DNA from: Candidatus Poribacteria bacterium
Lineage (GTDB): Bacteria; Poribacteria; WGA-4E; WGA-3G
Direction of reading: 5' to 3'
DNA length: 64,000 nt
Assembly: GCA_965197475.1 (NCBI GenBank)
Contig: CBDANF010000002.1
Coordinates: 1,280,001 to 1,344,000, forward strand
Both the position numbers and the translations under genes were made by a program. Shown piece by piece: positions 45,032 through 55,564 of the stretch (positions are counted from its first letter, which is position 1; the number at the start of each line of letters is the position of its first letter). The notes under the pieces are model-generated. The model had not been told where the DNA came from. It was given only the letters and a program-made list of their open reading frames with translations, and did no database searches.

Positions 45032-47950
45032 ATGCGTCGAATTATCATAGCAATTCTTGCGGTTTTTCTATTAGTTTCCACAACAACTTTTGCTACAGAC
45101 TACGTCCTGATTCTCGGAGGCGTTGGTGGTGAAAAATCCTACTATGACCAATTTTGGAGTGCGACTTCCCGATTCCACCAATTGCTCACACAACAATACG
45201 GATTTGCCCCTGACCAGATTACCTTTCTCTTTGAAGACGAAGGCACACTCCCCGGACTTGTCACCGGTCAAGCAAAGCGGGAACCTGTACTAGAGACATT
45301 CTCGCAACTTGCTGAGAAGGTGCAACCGACAGACAGGTTTGTCCTCTTCATGATTGGACACGCATCGCGAACCTCGTCCGGCGTGAAATTCAATTTGCCC
45401 GGACGCGATATTAGCCAAGCGGAATACACCGATAGCATTAACAGTATTCGTGCCGAACAGCAGCTCCTCGTCTTTGGATTTCCTTATAGCGCGAGGATCG
45501 TACAAGGCATCAGTGCATCCGGACGAATTATTATCACATCAAGTTCTCCAAATGAAGGTTACGCCTCTCAAGCCGGTTTCGGGGACCTCTTCGTTGATGC
45601 CTTCTCTGAACCATCCGCAGATACAAGCAGCGATGGCGCAATATCACTTTTGGAAGCGTTCCTTTGGATGCAAGTCCGTACCGACGATTGGTATGAACAA
45701 GATGGTGCAATGCAAGCAGAGCACCCTCATTTGGATGACAACGGTGATGGACGTGCCTCGCGTAAGGATTTAGAAGCGAGTGGGGAAGGAACACTCGCTG
45801 AAAAAACGTTTTTGGGCAAACGCAGCGCACCGCTTCCGCAAGTAGAGCAGAGTACCGCACAAAATCCGAAAGAGGAACAAAACGAACCTTCAGCACCACA
45901 TACACTTGACAACGGTCATACACTTGGCGAAGATACCGTAGAAAAAGAAGCACAAGACGGGATGAAAGGAAAATCGTCGCTATCGTACAACTTTATTAGC
46001 GAAGCAGACGAACAAGCCATCCAAAAAAGCATTGAAAACGCACCCCCTGAGGCAGACCACCCTGAGGACGGTGCTGTGGTGTTGTGGGAAGCAGAGGTTT
46101 ATGACATTGACGAGAATAGTACGCATGTCTATTCCACACGCCGAGTCATAAAAATTTTCAATAAAGATGGACATCATCTGGGTGAAATCAAGATTCCTTA
46201 TATGTTTGGCGCGGATGATGTCACTATCCATCATGCTCACACGTTTCGACCTGATGGTACTCAAGTTGAATTGGATCAGCGTGAAATTGTGCGTGGAATT
46301 TCCCCATCAAGTGCTGCTGAAGCAGGATTGCACGTTAGTACCCGCTTAATGTTTTTTGAATTGCCAGAAATGTCCGACGGTTGCATCATTGACTACGCTT
46401 ATTCTACCAAAAATCCACCACATGTAATGAAAGACGAATTTTGGCAGCAAGTCTATTTTCAGGTAGATCAGCCTGTTCAATACTACCGTCTCACTGCGCA
46501 TATTCCGAAGAAAATGCAACTTCTTTACCGAATTGACGGGCCGCCAATTGCGCCAACCGTTACCGAAAACAACTATACACGTACCTATATTTTTGAAGCG
46601 AAAGATGTTCCAGCCTTACGCCGAGAACCCTTGATGCCTGCTGTATCGGATTTTGCTTATAACATTAGTCTCTCTTCAATTGATTCATGGGATAAATTAA
46701 TCGCGTGGTATGCGACATTGATTCGTGAACAGGATAGAACTACAAAGGAAATTGAGGCGAAAACGAAAGAGTTGCTCACTGGGGTCTTTTCACGCAAAGA
46801 AAAAATCAAGAGGTTGTACGAATTTGTTGCGACAAATATCCAGTACGCGGGGGATGAAAGTGGTATTTGGGCTATTAAACCGTATCCTGCCGCTAAGGTA
46901 TTAGAGGGTGAATGGGGAGATTGTAAAGGGAAATCAACCCTACTTTCCACGATGCTTCGTGTCGCAGGTATTGATTCTTACCCGGTACTCATTTCTGCTG
47001 GCAAGGCGAGCAAAATTATCCGAGAAGTCCCATCACTTGCCTACTTTAATCACATGATACTCGCAGTAGACGGGGGCAAAAATAAAGACCTGATATGGCT
47101 TGACCCAACTGCTCAAACCTGTGCGTTTGGTGATTTCCCTGCAAGTGACCAAAATCGATGGACCCTGATTATCAATACCGATGCTCCAATTACAAAGGCA
47201 GCTGATGTGGCTACAGCAGACACACCTGTACCGGATCAGGAAAAACTGGATGGAGAAAAAGTAAAAGACCGCCTCTATGCTTTTCAAAAAAGCCCGTCGT
47301 TCCCCGCAACTTCAAATGTAAAGCGGACATCTACGCAGGTCAAGGTCAAAAAGGACCTGAGTGTAGAAGTGGCACACGAACTGTGGGTCTCTGGGGATTT
47401 CAACGCAAGATTTCGCGCGCGTCTGTTAAGTGCTAATCATCGCGAAGAACGAATCCGATTACTGCGCGATGCGTTGGAATTAGATGAACGTGCTAAAGTT
47501 GAACATTTTGAAATTTCAGAGATTGAACAATTGGATGCCGATTTAAAGATTAATCTTACATGGTCATGCAAGGAATATCTTTATGCAATAGGCGGTCAAT
47601 TTATACTGGAACTGCCTGTTGTGGAACATCCGTACGCAAAGCTTCTGGCTGAAGAGGAACGTGCCCACCCGGTTGTTCTTGGAAAGGCACTCACTTTTGA
47701 AGACAAAATCACTGTTGATGTGGAGGCACCCTTTGCCATACTAACAGTTCCTGAGTCAAAGAAACTTCAAACAGATGTCGCAGAAATCCAACTGGATTAC
47801 ACAAAATCCAAACAGAAAGCGGAAATGAAACAGACGATTCGTCTCCACGCGCCAACGGTGGAAGTTAACAAAATCTTGCATCTTACAGATGTTGTCAGAA
47901 TCGCTTCAAGCCAAAGCACAAAACGCTTCATCTTAATTCAAAATCCGTAG
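45032..47950 (+). CDS. Secreted fusion of a caspase/C13-like domain, DUF3857 and a transglutaminase-like domain
   Basis: N-terminal FVLFMIGH, DGAISLLEAF, EHPHLDDNGDG; GDCKGK, FNHMI, WLDPT. Confidence 0.78.
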   Translation: MRRIIIAILAVFLLVSTTTFATDYVLILGGVGGEKSYYDQFWSATSRFHQLLTQQYGFAPDQITFLFEDEGTLPGLVTGQAKREPVLETFSQLAEKVQPTDRFVLFMIGHASRTSSGVKFNLPGRDISQAEYTDSINSIRAEQQLLVFGFPYSARIVQGISASGRIIITSSSPNEGYASQAGFGDLFVDAFSEPSADTSSDGAISLLEAFLWMQVRTDDWYEQDGAMQAEHPHLDDNGDGRASRKDLEASGEGTLAEKTFLGKRSAPLPQVEQSTAQNPKEEQNEPSAPHTLDNGHTLGEDTVEKEAQDGMKGKSSLSYNFISEADEQAIQKSIENAPPEADHPEDGAVVLWEAEVYDIDENSTHVYSTRRVIKIFNKDGHHLGEIKIPYMFGADDVTIHHAHTFRPDGTQVELDQREIVRGISPSSAAEAGLHVSTRLMFFELPEMSDGCIIDYAYSTKNPPHVMKDEFWQQVYFQVDQPVQYYRLTAHIPKKMQLLYRIDGPPIAPTVTENNYTRTYIFEAKDVPALRREPLMPAVSDFAYNISLSSIDSWDKLIAWYATLIREQDRTTKEIEAKTKELLTGVFSRKEKIKRLYEFVATNIQYAGDESGIWAIKPYPAAKVLEGEWGDCKGKSTLLSTMLRVAGIDSYPVLISAGKASKIIREVPSLAYFNHMILAVDGGKNKDLIWLDPTAQTCAFGDFPASDQNRWTLIINTDAPITKAADVATADTPVPDQEKLDGEKVKDRLYAFQKSPSFPATSNVKRTSTQVKVKKDLSVEVAHELWVSGDFNARFRARLLSANHREERIRLLRDALELDERAKVEHFEISEIEQLDADLKINLTWSCKEYLYAIGGQFILELPVVEHPYAKLLAEEERAHPVVLGKALTFEDKITVDVEAPFAILTVPESKKLQTDVAEIQLDYTKSKQKAEMKQTIRLHAPTVEVNKILHLTDVVRIASSQSTKRFILIQNP

Positions 47951-47967
47951 AAAAAAGCTAATTAAGC

Positions 47968-48043
47968 AGCCCCAGTGGGGCGGAATGTTTATAGAAAATG
48001 GTAATCTTAGCACAGTAAGCCCCAGCGGGGCGAAATGTATATA
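47968..48043. repeat. Two REP-like units AGCCCCAGNGGGGCGRAATGT
   Basis: Reverse-orientation members of the family at 1093-1433. Confidence 0.75.
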
Positions 48044-48172
48044 AATATATCGTATATTGATGTCTAAGGTGTTTTCATAAATCTAAGTTCACACAATAGA
48101 ACCCTCAAAATTGTCCAAAACTTAGTAACACCTATGTTTTATAACCATAGCATCCATACAAGGAGTGAGTAG

Positions 48173-49180
48173 ATGCCCGCAACTGAAGAAGTCAAAGCTA
48201 TTGAAGAGTTAATGGAAAGCCAAGAATTAATTGTGGCACAGCTTAAGAAAGTTATTATTGGTCAAGAAGATGTTATCAATCAGATGTTGATGGCACTCTT
48301 TGCCGGTGGGCACTGTCTTATCGAAGGTGTACCTGGGTTAGCGAAAACGTTGATGATTAAAACGCTCGCTCAGATCCTGAAACTCAAATTTAAACGAATT
48401 CAGTTTACACCAGATTTAATGCCTGCCGACATTATTGGCACGGATGTGCTTGAGGAGGATCGCACCACAGGACACAGAACGATTCGATTCATTCAAGGGC
48501 CTATCTTCGCGAACATCCTTCTTGCCGATGAAATTAACCGAACTCCGCCGAAAACCCAGGCTGCCTTGTTGGAAGCGATGCAGGAACATCACGTCACTGC
48601 TGGAGGCACCGAATATCTATTGACGGAACCTTTCTTTGTGCTTGCCACACAGAATCCGATTGAACAAGAAGGCACATATCCGTTGCCGGAGGCGCAACTC
48701 GACCGGTTCATGTTCAAAATCGTTATAGACTACCCAACAGAGGAGGAGGAGGTCAACATCATTTCCGCAACAACAGGGGCGGACGAACCTGAATTAGAGA
48801 CAGCTCTTTCAGGTGAAGCCATTGTGGCATTGCACCAAATCGTGCGTAGAGTGCCTGCTGCAGATAACGTTGTTCAATATGCTGTAAAACTCGCCCGCGC
48901 AACCCGACCTAAAGAAAAGGATGCACCGGATTTTATCCAGCAGTGGGTGCGATGGGGCGCAGGTCCCCGTGCAGGTCAATACCTCATATTAGGTGCTAAA
49001 GCAAGGGCTATTCTCAGGGGTCGCTACAACGCTTCTTGCGAAGATGTGAAATCCGTTGCGTCAGCTGTGCTACGCCATCGCGTTTTGACCAATTTCCATG
49101 CTGAGGCTGAAGGGGTTGATACCGATACAGTTATCGAACGTCTCCTTGAGACAGTGCAAGAACCCGCGGTCAAAATGTAA
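48173..49180 (+). CDS. MoxR-family AAA+ ATPase
   Basis: [54 protein letters not shown]. Confidence 0.96.
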   Translation: MPATEEVKAIEELMESQELIVAQLKKVIIGQEDVINQMLMALFAGGHCLIEGVPGLAKTLMIKTLAQILKLKFKRIQFTPDLMPADIIGTDVLEEDRTTGHRTIRFIQGPIFANILLADEINRTPPKTQAALLEAMQEHHVTAGGTEYLLTEPFFVLATQNPIEQEGTYPLPEAQLDRFMFKIVIDYPTEEEEVNIISATTGADEPELETALSGEAIVALHQIVRRVPAADNVVQYAVKLARATRPKEKDAPDFIQQWVRWGAGPRAGQYLILGAKARAILRGRYNASCEDVKSVASAVLRHRVLTNFHAEAEGVDTDTVIERLLETVQEPAVKM

Positions 49181-49302
49181 GAGTGAGTGCAAACACACCA
49201 TATAAACATAAAAAAGATATTATAATGGAATTGAGTTAATAAACTCTGAAGGTTAAACGTCCTGCGCGGAGACGTAAACCCGCGCACTAATGGAGGATAA
49301 TT

Positions 49303-49527
49303 ATGTTTATAATGACTACAGACGACATACTGATCAACCTAAATCAGTACGCACGAGTAGAGGTTGAAAAAACAAGGCTCATAGCCATTCCCTCAAAATC
49401 AGAATATGAGGGTTATACGCTAAATTGTATAGTAATTGCAGAGTATCAGAATAAGGAAGAAGCTGTAACCGCTCTTAGATCACTGTTCAGTAGTATAAAA
49501 GATGGGTCGTCTGCATGGAATGCTTAA
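49303..49527 (+). CDS. Small hypothetical protein
   Basis: GGAGG RBS; 74 aa; co-oriented with the HNH gene. Confidence 0.65.
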   Translation: MFIMTTDDILINLNQYARVEVEKTRLIAIPSKSEYEGYTLNCIVIAEYQNKEEAVTALRSLFSSIKDGSSAWNA

Positions 49528-49540
49528 AGGGGTTTAATCA

Positions 49541-49795
49541 ATGAGCTGGTATCATTTCCTCCGAGATGATTGGGATAGATATTATCCAAAATACCTGCAG
49601 TCTGAAACGTGGAAGAAGAAACGTGAGGAGGTCTTTCAACGAGACGGATGTCTTTGTATCTGCGGGCAAACCGCGACAGAGGTGCATCACAAACGTTATG
49701 ACAATGTGGGAAAAGAACCTTTGTCCGATTTAGTTTCACTCTGTAAAGAATGCCACTTTGATTTGCAGGCGACACTTAAGGATATGCGTAGGTGA
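49541..49795 (+). CDS. Small HNH endonuclease
   Basis: YLQSETW, VFQRDG.C.C, EVHH..Y, LVSLCKECH. Confidence 0.8.
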   Translation: MSWYHFLRDDWDRYYPKYLQSETWKKKREEVFQRDGCLCICGQTATEVHHKRYDNVGKEPLSDLVSLCKECHFDLQATLKDMRR

Positions 49796-49808
49796 TAAAG
49801 GAGATAGT

Positions 49809-52115
49809 ATGCGCAATTGGACTATTACATCTATAATATTGTTTTCTTTCTTTTCTTTGTGTCCGATTATCTCTGCCCAAGAATACGCACATACAACGTT
49901 TATTGGACATGAACGTATTGTTTCAAGTGTAGCGTTTAGTCCTGATGGCAAGATATTAGCAAGTGGCAGTTGGGATTATACTATACGTTTATGGAATGTA
50001 AACACTGGGGAACTTCTCAAAACACTTATTGGGCATGAGAATTGTGTTTCAAGTGTAGCGTTTAGTCCTGATGGCAAGATATTAGCAAGTGGCAGTTGGG
50101 ATCACAGTATCCGAATCTGGGATGTAGACACTGGTAACCATATCCACACACCAGTTCGGAAGGATACTGGAGTAGCCCATTGGGATCGTGTCAGAAGTGT
50201 AGCGTTTAGTCCTGATGGACAAATCCTTGTTGTAGGGAGCCATGATAAAAGTATTAGTCTATGGGATACAAACACTTGGCAAAATCTTAATGGGCGCACT
50301 GAACCACAGGATAAGATTACGAGCGTAAAGTTCAGTCCTGATGGGCAGTATGTCGCGTGTGGAAGTTTGGACGATAATGTCTATTTGTGGGATACAAAAG
50401 GTCAGAATAATACGAATATATGGACACTACATAAAAAACTCAAACACCGGAATGGTATTGCAGGCATCGCGTTTAATCCTGATGGCAAAATTCTTGCTAC
50501 CGGAGCCGGAAAAACTATACGCCTCTGGAATCCTAACACAGGACAACTCCTCAATACACTAGCAGGACATACACACTCTGTTAATCATTTAGCATTCAGC
50601 CGCGACGGACAAACTCTGGCAAGTGGAAGCAGTGGTTACCAAAAAAATATCATTCTCTGGGATGTGAAAACAGGACAACTCCTCAGTACATTAGCTGATA
50701 CCAAAAATCACACCTTCAGTGTGGCATTTAGTCCAGATGGACAAACCCTGGCAAGTGGTGGTTCGATCTTTAACAGTGGTAGAGGTGTTGTGAAATTGTG
50801 GGATTTATACCATGCTTATGTCGAGATTACACCTAATAATATATCAGATACACCAATTATTGGGGATCAGTTCTCAATTAACATAAACATTGCTGATGGA
50901 AAATTAGTCGATGGGTACCAATTCACTGTAGAGTATGATAGCTCAACACTCCGATATCTATCAAGTTCCAATGGTAACTATTTATCAGAAGGAGCATATC
51001 TTGTGCCACCGATTGTATCAGATGATAAAGTGACAATCAGTGCCATTTCTCTTGGAGGAGAAAGTAACGGCAATGGTACGCTTGCTACAGTAACATTTGA
51101 AGCTATAGATTTTAAAGATTCCGTTATCAAAATATCTGATGTAATCCTTACGAATAAAGAAGGAGATAAATTACTTCACCATTTAAATGATACTGTTAAA
51201 CTTGTTAAAGCAGCGGGCGGAGCTTCACCTGCGGTTATCAGCATTACTCCTTCCCTGATACCTGCGAGAGGCACCGGTGAAAACATTGTATTTGATGTAA
51301 ATATTGCTGGTGGGCAAAACATCACTGATTATTACTTTCATTGGGAATATTTTCCAACAACAAGAATGAAAATGTTATCAGTTGATAAGGGTGACTATTT
51401 TACAAATGGTATTGGTAATGGGGATGGTACATTGGCGACAGTAACAATTGAAGTCCTTCGTGTTCATTCTCATTATAGTATTTTGCTGGATGTATATCTT
51501 ATCGGAAAAGACGGTCTTCGTTATATACCAATTCATAAGGCAAGTGATGGGTTTCCAAGGATGGAAGGTCGTATAAATGTTCCAGTAGTTATTCCTGATT
51601 TACCTAATGTTGTAAACATTATACCTTCGTCTCTTCCTCATCCAGGTATTGGCAAGAAAGTAGTCTTTGATGTCAATATTACAGGAGGTCATAATATTGT
51701 TGATTATAAAATGTCTTGGAAATATATCAAAAATAATCTAAAATTAATAAACAATGAATGGAATAATTTTACGAATGCTATTGGGAGTGAAGGAGGAAAA
51801 CTTACAACCACAACATTTGAAACACTTACAGATAAAGACGCAAGTATTGCTGTTGATATATTACTTGTCAATTCTGATAATTTCGTCTACAGAGCTGTAA
51901 ACGAACAGGGTGATCTACCATTTATTGAAATAAAAAAACCAGTTTTCCCACATGGAGATATAAATAAAGATGGTGTTGTTAATATTCAAGACCTTGTATT
52001 AGTGGCATCAAAGTTCGGTGAGGCAGTAGAAGATGATCCCGCAGATGTGAATGGGGATGGGGTTATCAATGTTCAAGACCTTGTCATCGTTGCCAATGCG
52101 CTGGGGAACAATTAA
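49809..52115 (+). CDS. Secreted WD40-repeat protein with cohesin-like domains and C-terminal dockerin
   Basis: GH..VSSVAFSPDG.ILASGSWD repeats; GYQFTVEYD...GNGTLATVTFE; GDINKDGVVNIQDLVLVA; start MRNW behind AAAGGAG. Confidence 0.88.
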   Translation: MRNWTITSIILFSFFSLCPIISAQEYAHTTFIGHERIVSSVAFSPDGKILASGSWDYTIRLWNVNTGELLKTLIGHENCVSSVAFSPDGKILASGSWDHSIRIWDVDTGNHIHTPVRKDTGVAHWDRVRSVAFSPDGQILVVGSHDKSISLWDTNTWQNLNGRTEPQDKITSVKFSPDGQYVACGSLDDNVYLWDTKGQNNTNIWTLHKKLKHRNGIAGIAFNPDGKILATGAGKTIRLWNPNTGQLLNTLAGHTHSVNHLAFSRDGQTLASGSSGYQKNIILWDVKTGQLLSTLADTKNHTFSVAFSPDGQTLASGGSIFNSGRGVVKLWDLYHAYVEITPNNISDTPIIGDQFSININIADGKLVDGYQFTVEYDSSTLRYLSSSNGNYLSEGAYLVPPIVSDDKVTISAISLGGESNGNGTLATVTFEAIDFKDSVIKISDVILTNKEGDKLLHHLNDTVKLVKAAGGASPAVISITPSLIPARGTGENIVFDVNIAGGQNITDYYFHWEYFPTTRMKMLSVDKGDYFTNGIGNGDGTLATVTIEVLRVHSHYSILLDVYLIGKDGLRYIPIHKASDGFPRMEGRINVPVVIPDLPNVVNIIPSSLPHPGIGKKVVFDVNITGGHNIVDYKMSWKYIKNNLKLINNEWNNFTNAIGSEGGKLTTTTFETLTDKDASIAVDILLVNSDNFVYRAVNEQGDLPFIEIKKPVFPHGDINKDGVVNIQDLVLVASKFGEAVEDDPADVNGDGVINVQDLVIVANALGNN

Positions 52116-52125
52116 AATCAGGGTG

Positions 52126-52306
52126 TAGACATTATAGCGTTTTAATTGTGGTTCTTATCGGTCTGTGGTAAGTCTTAAGTTCGTGGATTGCACTCTACTC
52201 AATCTAAATTTATACTTACACTCGGATTTTAATATTGAACCCATGTTTAGATTAAATTTTTGATATGGTGTTATGATATACCTCTCAATTAAATCATTAA
52301 TGTCTA
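52126..52306. mobile_element. MITE of the TAGACATTA family, opposite orientation to 32055-32340
   Basis: TAGACATTATAGCGTTTTAATTGTG...ATTAAATCATTAATGTCTA. Confidence 0.75.
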
Positions 52307-52396
52307 TTTTACTGCGGTGTTTCCGATTATGTCATAAGGACTGTGAAGGCTGGAATGAATATGAATTTTTCTGCTCTCAACCATTGAAGTAAAATC

Positions 52397-53071
52397 ATGA
52401 AAATTTCAGTCATCATTCCTGTATTGAATGAAGAAGGCGCGATCGCAAATGTCATCAACGATATTCCAAAATCGTTAGTCCAAGAAATTATCGTTGTTGA
52501 CAATGGATGTACTGACCGCACCGTAGAAATAGCACGCAAACATGGCGCAAAAGTCGTGGCTGAGCCGCAAAGAGGCTATGGCAGTGCATGTCTTGCAGGA
52601 ATTGCAGCTGTTCATACAGCAGATATAGTAGTGTTTTTAGATGGTGATTATAGCGATGACCCAACGGAGATGCCATTGCTTGTTCAACCGATCCAAGACG
52701 GTCTCGCGGAGTTTGTTATCGGCACACGCGTCCCAACTGAAAAGGGAGCATTGCTACCACAAGCAAGGTTCGGAAACAAACTCGCAACCTTCTTAATGCG
52801 AATCTTCTTTGGGGTAAAGTACACCGATTTAGGTCCCTTTCGTGCTATCCGTTACGAACAACTCCAAGCATTGGACATGCAGGATAAAAATTTCGGATGG
52901 ACAATAGAGATGCAACTCAAAGCAGCCAAAATGGGAATGAATGTCCGTGAGGTACCAGTTAGTTATCGCAAACGTATCGGCACATCAAAAATCAGTGGGA
53001 CCTTCACTGGAAGTATCCGAGCTGGTGCTAAAATACTTATAACGCTCTTCCGATATGGAATACTTCGTTGA
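52397..53071 (+). CDS. Glycosyltransferase family 2 (DPM synthase-like)
   Basis: SVIIPVLNE, VVDNGCTD, RGYG, FLDGD. Confidence 0.92.
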   Translation: MKISVIIPVLNEEGAIANVINDIPKSLVQEIIVVDNGCTDRTVEIARKHGAKVVAEPQRGYGSACLAGIAAVHTADIVVFLDGDYSDDPTEMPLLVQPIQDGLAEFVIGTRVPTEKGALLPQARFGNKLATFLMRIFFGVKYTDLGPFRAIRYEQLQALDMQDKNFGWTIEMQLKAAKMGMNVREVPVSYRKRIGTSKISGTFTGSIRAGAKILITLFRYGILR

Positions 53072-53132
53072 TTATCTGCTGAAGTGAGAGTTCGGTTTTG
53101 CAGGTAGGGTTGGCAACCTCTGGACAAAGAAA

Positions 53133-54104
53133 ATGAAAAATTTCAGGACAGAACAATTCTGGTGTGTCAAACAAATTCATATCTTCCGTGGCCTTTCCGA
53201 TGTAGATACTCGGGCATTAGCGAAGATAACCACATTCAAAAATCTAAAACACAAGGAACGTATTTGTGCAGAAGGGGTTTATCTAATTAAAGAGGGGCGC
53301 GTTAAAATTTCTGAAAATCTGCCAGATACTGATCCTAAGAAGATTGGAAATCGTTCTGTTAATTCAGATTCAAGCAAAAATCAGGAAACGAAAGAGGTGC
53401 TGGAACCAGGCGAGATATTTGGTGCTGTTTCCGATGATGAAGAGGTTTTGAATGGGAATCCAAATTCACCCACCTTCGCGGAAACTTTGACAGAGGTTTG
53501 TGTCGGCATTGTTACTACCCGCAACTTTTTGTTTTTTCTCAAACGGAAACCGCATTTAGCACTACCGCTGCAACGTAGGATACAGTTAGGGTTCTCTAAT
53601 GTGTTAGGAACGTCCAACAATCCTTTTTTCATCGGATACAAAAATAAAAAGCAGGAATGGCATTTCAGTTCACATAACATATTGAAAAGACCCACAACGC
53701 CAGACAGGAGGCGGACCAACGTATTTGGAGACATTATGTTCCGATGTGCGTCCTCTCGTCTTGCCCTATTATTACAGAACCTTGCTTCGGTCCCAAATAG
53801 AAATGGTGTTGTGTTTGTGCCTCGCTTGTCAACCAAACGCATGTCGAAATTAATTGGAAGTTCAACGGAAACAATTGATACACTATTAAAAACGTTCAAA
53901 CAGTATAATGTGATTGATACACGGTGGGGACAGATTCAGATTTTGAATGCATGGCAGTTAAAGAAAATTGCGGATGCGCGGATGAAAACATTATCACCCC
54001 AAGTGCCTACCACCACTTCCAACGATGATATTGATTTGGAAATGTTCGCTAATCTTCAAAACGAGGAAAACAGTGATGCTATTTCCACCGTATCTTCAAG
54101 GTAA
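53133..54104 (+). CDS. Crp/Fnr-family transcriptional regulator, divergent
   Basis: IFRGLS, YLIKEGRVKI, PGEIFG, RLALLL, LIGSSTETI..LL..F HTH. Confidence 0.75.
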   Translation: MKNFRTEQFWCVKQIHIFRGLSDVDTRALAKITTFKNLKHKERICAEGVYLIKEGRVKISENLPDTDPKKIGNRSVNSDSSKNQETKEVLEPGEIFGAVSDDEEVLNGNPNSPTFAETLTEVCVGIVTTRNFLFFLKRKPHLALPLQRRIQLGFSNVLGTSNNPFFIGYKNKKQEWHFSSHNILKRPTTPDRRRTNVFGDIMFRCASSRLALLLQNLASVPNRNGVVFVPRLSTKRMSKLIGSSTETIDTLLKTFKQYNVIDTRWGQIQILNAWQLKKIADARMKTLSPQVPTTTSNDDIDLEMFANLQNEENSDAISTVSSR

Positions 54105-54157
54105 AACTTCGTTCACGTTACTAAAACACAACAGTAGAAACTGGTAATTTATAGAAT

Positions 54158-55534
54158 ATGAAAAACAAAAATCCGTATCTAAATATTGACCAGCAAATGG
54201 TCGGTGATATCTACACGAACCGTGAGGTCATGGAAAACCTAACCGTTTTATGTGATGACTTCGGTTCCCGTTTTGCGGGAACCCCTGAAGAATACAAGGC
54301 GGCTACTTTTATCTCTGAAACATTTACCCGCTACGGGCTCAAGAATGTTAGATTAGAGGAATACCCCTACGCAGGTTGGTCACGCGGTACTGCCACCCTC
54401 ACAATCACCGAACCTATCGAACGGACTTTGCACTGCATTTCGCTTCCCTACTGTCCCGCAGGCGATATTACTTGCGAACTCGTTTCTGTAGGATATGGAA
54501 GTCCAGTGGAATACAGTGAACTTTGCGAAACAGCTGCCGGTAAACTGATAATGGCGAAAAGTGCTTCACCGAGAAACTTGGGTAGATGGGTGCATCGAAA
54601 GGAAAAATATGAGCGCGCTGTTCTCAGTGGTGCAAGTGCTTTCATTTTTGTGAGTGAACACCCCGGCGTTGGCCCTGAAACCGGAAGCCTTCAAAATAAC
54701 AGACCCGCACCTATCCCTGGTATCTCAGTTTGCAAGGAAGATGGTGATTTTCTAACACGATGCATTGACCGCTACGGAAAGGTGACAATGCGTCTGCAAA
54801 CGACAGACATTAACGAACCCCGCACCTCATGGAACGTCGTTGCTGACCTGCCGGGGAAGGAAATTCCTGAAGAGATGATTGTTTTAGGGTGCCATTACGA
54901 TGGACACGACATCGCGCAAGGGGCACACGACCCTGCCTCAGGTATGGTATCCGTCATAGAGGCGGCGCGCGTCTTATCTACCTACACAGCGGATCTGTTA
55001 AAACGGACTATCCGATTTATCGCCTTTGGAACAGAGGAAATCGGACTTACTGGGGCACTTCGTTATGTTGAAGCACATGCAAACGAGTTGGATAATATCC
55101 GGTTCATGCTGAATATGGACGCAGCTGGCGGTACGAGTCGAAAAGGAATCGTTTTACATCATTGGAAAACGTTGGAACCTTTCTTTAACACAGCACAACA
55201 ACAGATGCATGTAGATATGCCTATCGGACAGAAGGTGCATTCCTACTCCGACCATTTTCCGTTTTTCCTTGAGGGTGTGCCTTCATGCCACATGGGGGAC
55301 CCTACTTCTGCTCCGTCTGGACGTGGGTTTGGACATACTGCTTATGACACGCTCGAAAAGGTGGAATTAGAAAATCTTCGGCGCGCAAGTTCAGTCGGAG
55401 CAAGGATAGCACTCAGAAGTGCAAATGCTGAAAAATTTCCCGCAAAACGCCGTTCTCAAGAAGATGTTCAAGAAATCGTTGATACTGACCCAGGGTTAGA
55501 AGGGTATCGCATTTCCCTGAAATTGAAAACGTAG
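54158..55534 (+). CDS. M28-family aminopeptidase with PA domain
   Basis: RFAGT, GCHYD, GAHD, EEIGLTGA, NMD, SDHFPF, HTAYDT. Confidence 0.92.
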   Translation: MKNKNPYLNIDQQMVGDIYTNREVMENLTVLCDDFGSRFAGTPEEYKAATFISETFTRYGLKNVRLEEYPYAGWSRGTATLTITEPIERTLHCISLPYCPAGDITCELVSVGYGSPVEYSELCETAAGKLIMAKSASPRNLGRWVHRKEKYERAVLSGASAFIFVSEHPGVGPETGSLQNNRPAPIPGISVCKEDGDFLTRCIDRYGKVTMRLQTTDINEPRTSWNVVADLPGKEIPEEMIVLGCHYDGHDIAQGAHDPASGMVSVIEAARVLSTYTADLLKRTIRFIAFGTEEIGLTGALRYVEAHANELDNIRFMLNMDAAGGTSRKGIVLHHWKTLEPFFNTAQQQMHVDMPIGQKVHSYSDHFPFFLEGVPSCHMGDPTSAPSGRGFGHTAYDTLEKVELENLRRASSVGARIALRSANAEKFPAKRRSQEDVQEIVDTDPGLEGYRISLKLKT

Positions 55535-55564
55535 ACGGTTCAGAGGCACCGCAAAGGAGATTTT

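Noticed and set aside
49730-49760. CKECH as a heme-binding motif
   Set aside because: It is the zinc-binding end of a small cytoplasmic HNH domain.
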